DNA from: an uncultured bacterium
GTDB taxonomy: Bacteria > Armatimonadota > HRBIN16
Direction: 5' to 3'
Assembly (NCBI GenBank): GCA_937132045.1
Contig: CAKZNX010000069.1
Span: 1-42,445, forward strand
DNA: 42,445 bases
In this document: positions 36,172 to 42,445 of the stretch, piece by piece
How positions within the stretch are numbered: the first letter of the stretch is position 1
Layout: each line of letters opens with the position of its first letter
Position numbers and translations under genes: made by a program
The notes under the pieces: model-generated
Database searches by the model: none
Told to the model about the DNA's origin: nothing
What the model saw: the letters and a program-made list of their open reading frames with translations, nothing else

Positions 36172-39165
36172 ATGGGTCGCAGGGGCTTCGCGCTTCTTGG
36201 TGTGCTTCTCATCATGGCGTGTACACCACTTGTGGAGGGTCAGATGTCCGCAGATGTCCCCGAGAACGTCTACCGCGCCGAGCTGGTCAGCTATCCCGGC
36301 GCGTACGGTTTCGAAATCGGCAAGTCGGCAATCATCCTCGTGAGCGATATGGAGCTTGAAGCGCTATCCGACCCTGATCGCAAGCTCAACCTCACACTCA
36401 CCTTCGAACCGCAGGAAATGAGCCTGCGCGAGGTCTGCGAGCGAGCGAAACAGTCTGGGCACCGCACAATGATTATTGCCTTCGACCACTTTTTCAGCCA
36501 GTACCGCCCTGGTCAGGCAGGACCGCGTCGCTACACTCCGGACACCGACGGCTACATCGAGCGCCTTGCCCCGATCGCCAGATTTGCGCAGGGATATGGT
36601 CTGGGGTTGGAACTCAGCCTACTGTCGCCACTGGAAATCGGTCCCGGTTATCGCGCCAAAACCGGCGAGAGCGGGATGTGGATGCAGTATCGCAAGGGCC
36701 TGCGCGACCCGCAGACGGGCGCGTTCAGCGTGCAGATGTGGCGGCACAGGCGCTGGGCGAACAACAAGGGCGTGGTGGAGCTCGAGGACGCGGGGGTACG
36801 GGTGTTCGCCTTCCGGGAGCAGTCCATCGCAGGCACGCCGTACCGTGTTGTCAATCCCGATAGCATCGTGGAAATCACCGAAGCGGCGAAGGTAGAGGTC
36901 TTCCCCGGAGCGCAGGCTCGCGCGGGCGACTTCGCTGCAGTGCGCATCCGCGTGTACGGAACAGGACGAACCGATGTCGGTGCGCTCAACCGCGTGCTGG
37001 TGGTGCAGATGTACCGGTCGCCCGAGATGGACTACTTCAGTCCCAGGGCGCTTCCCTTCCTGAAGGAGCTGATCGACAAATACGCCGACGCCGGTATCAG
37101 GCTGAACGCCCTCTATTCTGACGAGATGCACATCCAGCAGGACTGGGCGTACTTCAACCACCACGATCACGGCGATTTCGCCATGCGCTATGTGACCGAC
37201 AGCCTGGCGCACCGGTACGCGCAGCTCTACGGCGACCGCTACCGCGACTTGGCGAAGTATCTGCTCTATTTCGTGTATGCGCAGGAGGACTTCGCGTCCG
37301 ACCTCACAGCGCGGCAGCCGATCATGCATGTGTTTGGCGCTTCACCGGAAGCGATACGCGAGACGGCTCTGTTCCGCTCGCGATATTACCGCCTTCTGCA
37401 GGATGGGGTAGTGGAACTGTTCACCGCAGCCAAACGCTACGCCGAGCAGAAGATGGGCTACAAGCTGGAGTCGCGTGCTCATGCCACATGGGCGGAAAGT
37501 CCCACGGTTGACTACTGGAACACCGGGCAGGAGAACATGAACCGGCACAAGTACGAGTACACGTCCAATTTCGTCTGGTCGGTGACGGTGCATCAGGCGG
37601 CGTCTGCCTGTCATGACTATTTCCGCTGGGGCGACTTTCTGACGGGCAACGGCAACGACCACGCGGAAGGTGGCTGGCTCGACCGCAACTACTACGGCTT
37701 GGCGCTTGGTTGTTCCACCGGTATCCTGAACGAGGTGCCGTACTCCTACGCGGCGCACTGGGGCTCTCCCGCCGAGATTTCCCAGCGACACTGGTGGCTG
37801 CAGTGTGCCTTTGGCACGGCGGGGGCATACCACGGTCGGGTACAGGGGATGCAACATCGCGCGGTGGAGGTGCTGATGCTGTATCCGCTGGATCTGGTGG
37901 CGGTAGAAGAGCGCTTCGGCAGCTGGATGACGCAGTACGGCTACACCAACTATATCACGCAGTGGAAACTGCTGGAACAGGGCAGGCTCGAGGGCGGCGC
38001 GATACGCATTGGGGACTACCGCTTCACGACACTCGTGGCGCTTTTCGAGCCTTTCCCCGCGCGTGCCATGCTGGAGCTGATGAAGCGCATGGTGGAAGCA
38101 GGGGGCAAGGTGGTGTGGTCAGGACCGCCGCCCGTGCTGACCGCCGAGGGAGAGCCGGCGCAGCCGCTGTGGCAGGAGATATTCGGCGTGCGTTACGCAC
38201 CTGGGCAGATGGAAGGGATTGCCGCGCCGGGAAGGGTGGTGACTTTCAGCGGCACTCTGGGCGGAGTGACGCCCCAGACCATTCTCACCGACTTCCTCGT
38301 GGACCACATCTACCCGGTGACGCCCGAAACGAGCACCGAAGCAGTGGCTCAGGTGGGCGAAGCAGTGGTGGGCACGGTGCGCCGTACTCCGAATGGCGGT
38401 ATCGCTGTCTTCCTTGGCTATCGCCCGCGCGACGATCAGTCTCGCAGTCTGGGGTACGATGCGCGCAACTGGTTTGACGTGCTGAGCGCACTGGGGGCAT
38501 ATCCGCCCACCGGTAAGTTCGCTGACCTCAACGACAACACGGAGCATCTCTCGCGGACGGGCGAGTATCTGGTCACCCGCTTCCCCAACGGCGCGATATC
38601 GATGGCGCCGCACATACGCGGTATCGTGGAAGACTGGGGCGGCGGCTTCGCCCGCAACCGGCAAGAGGACGAGAAGGTGCTTCAGAGGCTGAAGCTGCCC
38701 TCCGACCGGGTGCAGGTGAAAGACCTCGCCGTAAAAGGGCATCGGGTAAGTGTGGACGCGCGCGGTGCAGTGAGCTTTCGTGTGAATGAAAAAGGCGACA
38801 TGGTAGCCTTTTGCGGTTTCGATTGCACAGAGATTGAGATAGACGGCAGACGCCATCGGTTTGCCGAGCGGATTGGCGAGCATCCTGTGGCGCTGGTGGT
38901 GTGGGCGCCTGTTGCTAAGGAGCGCAGGGTAGCGGGCGGTGCGGTGATGGAGATACAGGTGCACGGAGCGGCGCGGCTCGTACTGCCCGAGAACCTGTTT
39001 CCGGCAGAGTTTCAGATGTTTCTCGAAGGTGCAACGCCGGGTAGCAGGGGGCGCGAGGTCCCGTTCCGCCGAGAGGGGGGCAACGTGCTGGTGGAGGCGC
39101 TTCCCGAGCTGTCTGGCAGGTGGATATACGTAGTGCCGGCTGGTCAGGCAACTATTGACAACTGA
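36172..39165 (+). CDS. Large secreted hypothetical protein, possibly a TIM-barrel glycoside hydrolase
   Basis: Signal peptide, ~997 aa, YSDEMH motif, aromatic-rich core and a trimerisation-like domain (GGKVVW). Confidence 0.6.
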   Translation: MGRRGFALLGVLLIMACTPLVEGQMSADVPENVYRAELVSYPGAYGFEIGKSAIILVSDMELEALSDPDRKLNLTLTFEPQEMSLREVCERAKQSGHRTMIIAFDHFFSQYRPGQAGPRRYTPDTDGYIERLAPIARFAQGYGLGLELSLLSPLEIGPGYRAKTGESGMWMQYRKGLRDPQTGAFSVQMWRHRRWANNKGVVELEDAGVRVFAFREQSIAGTPYRVVNPDSIVEITEAAKVEVFPGAQARAGDFAAVRIRVYGTGRTDVGALNRVLVVQMYRSPEMDYFSPRALPFLKELIDKYADAGIRLNALYSDEMHIQQDWAYFNHHDHGDFAMRYVTDSLAHRYAQLYGDRYRDLAKYLLYFVYAQEDFASDLTARQPIMHVFGASPEAIRETALFRSRYYRLLQDGVVELFTAAKRYAEQKMGYKLESRAHATWAESPTVDYWNTGQENMNRHKYEYTSNFVWSVTVHQAASACHDYFRWGDFLTGNGNDHAEGGWLDRNYYGLALGCSTGILNEVPYSYAAHWGSPAEISQRHWWLQCAFGTAGAYHGRVQGMQHRAVEVLMLYPLDLVAVEERFGSWMTQYGYTNYITQWKLLEQGRLEGGAIRIGDYRFTTLVALFEPFPARAMLELMKRMVEAGGKVVWSGPPPVLTAEGEPAQPLWQEIFGVRYAPGQMEGIAAPGRVVTFSGTLGGVTPQTILTDFLVDHIYPVTPETSTEAVAQVGEAVVGTVRRTPNGGIAVFLGYRPRDDQSRSLGYDARNWFDVLSALGAYPPTGKFADLNDNTEHLSRTGEYLVTRFPNGAISMAPHIRGIVEDWGGGFARNRQEDEKVLQRLKLPSDRVQVKDLAVKGHRVSVDARGAVSFRVNEKGDMVAFCGFDCTEIEIDGRRHRFAERIGEHPVALVVWAPVAKERRVAGGAVMEIQVHGAARLVLPENLFPAEFQMFLEGATPGSRGREVPFRREGGNVLVEALPELSGRWIYVVPAGQATIDN

Positions 39166-39184
39166 CCATATTCTCGGATAGAAT
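39155..39184 (+). promoter_or_regulatory. sigma70 promoter of the infC operon
   Basis: TTGACA (39155-39160)-N18-TAGAAT (39179-39184). Confidence 0.7.
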
Positions 39185-39228
39185 AAATCGCGTTGGTTTG
39201 CGCAAAACTTGGTCTGAGGTGAGGAAAC

Positions 39229-39747
39229 ATCAGAACGGATCTGCGGATCAACGAGCGCATCCGGGCACGCGAGGTGCGCGTCGTGGATGAGAACGGCGTG
39301 CAATTGGGCATCCTGCCCACCCGCGAAGCGCTGCAAATTGCGCAGGAACGCGGATTGGACTTAATCGAAGTCGCTCCTCAGGCTAACCCTCCCGTGTGTC
39401 GCATCATGGACTACGGGAAGTTCAAGTACCAGCAGGCGAAACGGGAGAAGGAAGCACAAAAGAAGCAGCATGTCACGGAAGTGAAAGCCATCCGGGTGCG
39501 CCCTGGGACGGACGATCACGACCTGGACTTCAAGCTAAATAATTGCATCAAGTTTCTCAAAGAGGGCGACAAGGTCAAGATTACGGTGCTCTTCCGCAGC
39601 CGTGAGATTACCCGTCCCGAAATGGGGCAGAAGGTGATGGAGTTCTTCTCCAACGGCTGTGGCGAAGTGGGTGTGGTGGAGAAGGCTCCGACGATGGAAG
39701 GGCGCACGATGACGATGGTGCTGGCTCCGAAGCCAAAAGGCAAGTAA
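39229..39747 (+). CDS. infC: Translation initiation factor IF-3 (non-canonical ATC start)
   Basis: In-frame ATC AGA ACG GAT CTG CGG ATC AAC GAG (IRTDLRINE) after a GAGGTGAGG SD; PPVCRIMDYGKFKY; KVKITVLFRSRE. Confidence 0.93.
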   Translation: MRTDLRINERIRAREVRVVDENGVQLGILPTREALQIAQERGLDLIEVAPQANPPVCRIMDYGKFKYQQAKREKEAQKKQHVTEVKAIRVRPGTDDHDLDFKLNNCIKFLKEGDKVKITVLFRSREITRPEMGQKVMEFFSNGCGEVGVVEKAPTMEGRTMTMVLAPKPKGK

Positions 39748-39830
39748 CGAGCAGACCAGTGGTCGCGCAATTCGCAATGGGGGAATACTCCCCCATTTTT
39801 CACGCAATAATCTGGTGAGGAGATGGTCGT

Positions 39831-40025
39831 ATGCCGAAGATGAAGACGCACAAAACGGCGGCGAAGCGCTTTGCCCGTAGCGGCAAAGGTCGGCTGATTT
39901 GTCGAAACGCCGCCAATAGCCACATGTTTCTTCACAAGAGCGGCTCGCGCAAGCGTCGGTTGGAGATCGAGAAAGAGGTTGACAAAGGCAGCCGCTGGCG
40001 CATGAAGCGCCTGCTGGGAATCTGA
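39831..40025 (+). CDS. rpmI: 50S ribosomal protein L35
   Basis: MPKMKTHK..AKRF; position after infC. Confidence 0.95.
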   Translation: MPKMKTHKTAAKRFARSGKGRLICRNAANSHMFLHKSGSRKRRLEIEKEVDKGSRWRMKRLLGI

Positions 40026-40045
40026 GCGAAGGGGGATGATGAATT

Positions 40046-40417
40046 ATGCCTCGTGTGAAACGCGGCACAATGACCCATAAACGGCACAAGAAGACTATCG
40101 AGCGCGCCGAAGGCTACTGGGGGCGGAAGAAAAACGTTTTCCGCCGCGCCAACGAGCAGGTGATGAAGAGCCTGCAGTACGCCTATCGTGACCGTCGCGT
40201 GCGCAAGCGGCAGTTCCGCAGGCTCTGGATCACGCGCATCTCCGCCGCCTGCCGCGCCGAGGGCTTGCCCTACAATCGCTTCATCGAGGGGCTGACAAAA
40301 GCGGGTGTGGTGCTGGATCGCAAGGTAATGGCGGATATGGCGGTGAACCAGCCAGAAGCCTTCCGCGAGCTGATTCAGATCGCCCGACAACACGCCACAT
40401 TAGCGACGGTGGGGTAG
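40046..40417 (+). CDS. rplT: 50S ribosomal protein L20
   Basis: MPRVKRG, YAYRDRR.RKR.FR.LWITRI. Confidence 0.97.
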   Translation: MPRVKRGTMTHKRHKKTIERAEGYWGRKKNVFRRANEQVMKSLQYAYRDRRVRKRQFRRLWITRISAACRAEGLPYNRFIEGLTKAGVVLDRKVMADMAVNQPEAFRELIQIARQHATLATVG

Positions 40418-40418
40418 C

Positions 40419-41408
40419 GTGGAAGAGCGTGTTCACGCGCTGGTAGAGGAAGCCTCTCAAGCCATCCTCTCTGCCAGCACCACGGCGGAACTGGAACAGC
40501 TGGAGACCCGTTACCTGGGGCGCAAAGGGCAGGTGACCGAGCTGCTTCGCGCACTGCCGACCCTGTCCCCCGAGGAGCGACCACGCTTCGGACAGATGCT
40601 GAACTCGGTGAAGGCGCAACTGCAGGCGCAGATCGACGCGCGTCGCGCCGAGTTACAGGGGCAGGAGCGCGAAGAGCGCCTCCGCGCCGAACGGGTGGAC
40701 ATCACCCTGCCTCCGCGTCCCCTGCGCGTCGGGCTGAAACACCCGCTCACCCAGACGATGGAGCGCGTGCGCGCCGCGCTCATCGGTCTCGGCTTCGAGT
40801 TTGTGGACAGCCCCGAACTGGACGACTACCGCTACAACTTCGCTGCGCTGAATTACCCCGACGATCACCCGGCGATGGACGAGCAGATGTCGTTCTACAT
40901 CTCCGACACCCGCCTGCTGCGCACGCAGACCACCAGCGTGCAGGGGCGAGTGATGGAAAAGCGCAAGCCGCCGTTCCGTATCGCCGTCATCGGAAGGTGC
41001 TTCCGCAACGAGACGGTGGATGCCACCCACCATCACACCTTCCATCAGGTGGACGCCTTCATGGTGGATAGGGGTATTAGCATGGCAGACCTGAAGGGGG
41101 TGCTGGCGGCGTTCGCGAGGCAGATGTTCGGGGAAGATGTGCAGGTGCGCTTCCGTCCGGACTTCTTCCCGTTCGTGGAGCCGGGAGTGGACTACGCCAT
41201 TTACTGGCAGGGTGGCTGGCTGGAGCTGGGCGGCGCGGGGCTGATCCATCCCAACATCCTGCGCGCGCACGGCATTGACCCCGAGGAGTGGACCGGTTTC
41301 GCTTTTGGACTGGGCATCGAGCGCATCCCGATGATCCAGTATCAGATTGATGACCTGCGATTGTTCCTGGAGAACGACCTGCGTTTCCTGCAAAGATATG
41401 GGGCGTAA
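40419..41408 (+). CDS. pheS: Phenylalanine--tRNA ligase alpha subunit
   Basis: HPL, GRCFRNE..DATH, FPFVEP, GFAFGLGIER, DDLRLF.ENDLRFL. Confidence 0.95.
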   Translation: MEERVHALVEEASQAILSASTTAELEQLETRYLGRKGQVTELLRALPTLSPEERPRFGQMLNSVKAQLQAQIDARRAELQGQEREERLRAERVDITLPPRPLRVGLKHPLTQTMERVRAALIGLGFEFVDSPELDDYRYNFAALNYPDDHPAMDEQMSFYISDTRLLRTQTTSVQGRVMEKRKPPFRIAVIGRCFRNETVDATHHHTFHQVDAFMVDRGISMADLKGVLAAFARQMFGEDVQVRFRPDFFPFVEPGVDYAIYWQGGWLELGGAGLIHPNILRAHGIDPEEWTGFAFGLGIERIPMIQYQIDDLRLFLENDLRFLQRYGA

Positions 41409-41411
41409 GCG

Positions 41412-42445
41412 ATGCGTGTGCCGATAGAGTGGCTGAAGGAATATGTAGAGGTTCCGACATCGCCGGAGGAGCTGTCTCATCGCCTGACGATGGCTGGACT
41501 GGAGGTAGAGGCGATCGAGCACGATGAAGGCGAGCCTGTGCTGAACGTCAAGGTGACCCCCAACCGGGGCGACTGCCTCTCGATGGTAGGGGTAGCGCGC
41601 GAGGTGGCGGCGCTGTATGGGCTGTTTCTGCGTCATCCCATGCCCTCCGCCCGCACCTGTGTGCCGAGTGAGGCAGCTCAGTTCGCGCACATTGAAATCG
41701 TCGACGACGACCTGTGTCCCCGTTACGCCGCGCGGGTGGTGCGCAACGTTCGCATCGCCCCCTCGCCCGAGTGGATGCAGAAACGCCTGATCGCAGCGGG
41801 AATGCGCCCGATTAACAACGTGGTGGACGCGACCAACTACGTGATGCTGGAGATGGGGCAACCGCTGCACGCCTTTGACCTCGACCTCCTCCCGGAGGGG
41901 CGTATCGTTGTTCGGCGGGCGAAGCCGGGCGAGAGGATTGTCACCCTGGACGGCGTCGAGCGCGACCTGCAGCCCGACATGCTGATGATTTGCGACGCCA
42001 CGCATCCGGTGGCGGTAGCCGGTGTGATGGGCGGCGGCGAGACGGAAGTGACCCCCAGCACGCGCAACGTTCTGCTGGAGTCGGCGCATTTCCATCCCAC
42101 CTCCATCCGGCGTACCTCCCAGCGACTGCAGCTGTCCACGGAGGCGTCCTATCGTTTCGAGCGCGTCGTAGACCCGGGCGGTGTGGTCGCGGCGCTGGAT
42201 CGCGCGTGTGACCTGCTCGAGCAAATCGGTGCCGGTGAGCCGGTACCAGGCGCGGTGGATGTGTACCCTCGTCCGGTTCCGGAACGTACCGTCACCCTGC
42301 GTCCCGAGCGATGCAACCTGTTGCTTGGCTTGAATCTCGATGCGCAGACTATGGTGGACTGCCTGTGGCGACTGCAGCTGGCGGCGCACCTGCAGGATGG
42401 CGTCATCCATGTGCAGGTTCCCACCTTCCGCCCCGACCTGAACAT
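41412..42445 (+). CDS. pheT: Phenylalanine--tRNA ligase beta subunit, partial (runs off the window), lacking the B2 OB domain
   Basis: ATG 41412 gives MRVPIEWLKEYV...LTMAGLEVE, TPNRGDCLS, RPINNVVDATNYVMLEMGQPLHAFD, LLESAHF, VPTFRPDL. Absent from the ORF track because there is no stop. Confidence 0.95.
   Translation, partial: MRVPIEWLKEYVEVPTSPEELSHRLTMAGLEVEAIEHDEGEPVLNVKVTPNRGDCLSMVGVAREVAALYGLFLRHPMPSARTCVPSEAAQFAHIEIVDDDLCPRYAARVVRNVRIAPSPEWMQKRLIAAGMRPINNVVDATNYVMLEMGQPLHAFDLDLLPEGRIVVRRAKPGERIVTLDGVERDLQPDMLMICDATHPVAVAGVMGGGETEVTPSTRNVLLESAHFHPTSIRRTSQRLQLSTEASYRFERVVDPGGVVAALDRACDLLEQIGAGEPVPGAVDVYPRPVPERTVTLRPERCNLLLGLNLDAQTMVDCLWRLQLAAHLQDGVIHVQVPTFRPDLN

Noticed and set aside
39197-39206. 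Palindrome TTTGCGCAAA in the infC leader
   Set aside because: Short single instance; cannot tell an operator from a small hairpin or chance.
40653-42410. 585-aa minus-strand ORF
   Set aside because: Antisense to pheS/pheT; the real gene is pheT on the plus strand from 41412.

Overview
GC-rich bacterial chromosome segment, densely coding and mostly housekeeping. The gene content and protein style suggest an Armatimonadota-like organism, which is inference only. Left to right: 3' end of a Uma2-type nuclease; a secreted beta-propeller/helical-barrel protein; a Pro-rich secreted protein; rtcB; a GH95-like glycosidase; UDP-glucuronate decarboxylase; a GlcG/HbpS protein; a Pho-box-led pstSCAB-metallophosphoesterase-phoU cluster running into yggS-sepF-proC. 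Next comes a long minus-strand run: ECF sigma, zinc-finger anti-sigma, an HtrA-like protein with a degenerate catalytic triad, an aldo/keto reductase, a GH140-like enzyme, a lower-GC DUF488 / dual-OB / DUF488 cassette and a second aldo/keto reductase. Then a DUF62 SAM hydrolase, an orphan sugar-binding protein, ilvA, a GH50-like enzyme, a sigma28-type unknown-fliD-fliS-fliT-like unit, fabI, a ~1000-aa unknown secreted enzyme, and infC (ATC start)-rpmI-rplT-pheS-pheT (truncated by the window end, no B2 domain). No rRNA, tRNA, CRISPR array, integrase or transposase was recognised. The best candidates for an uncharacterised system are the DUF488-DuOB-DUF488 cassette (18229-20061) and the ECF/anti-sigma/pseudo-protease module with a structured leader (22467-25126). 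All family calls are motif recognition by eye, not database results.
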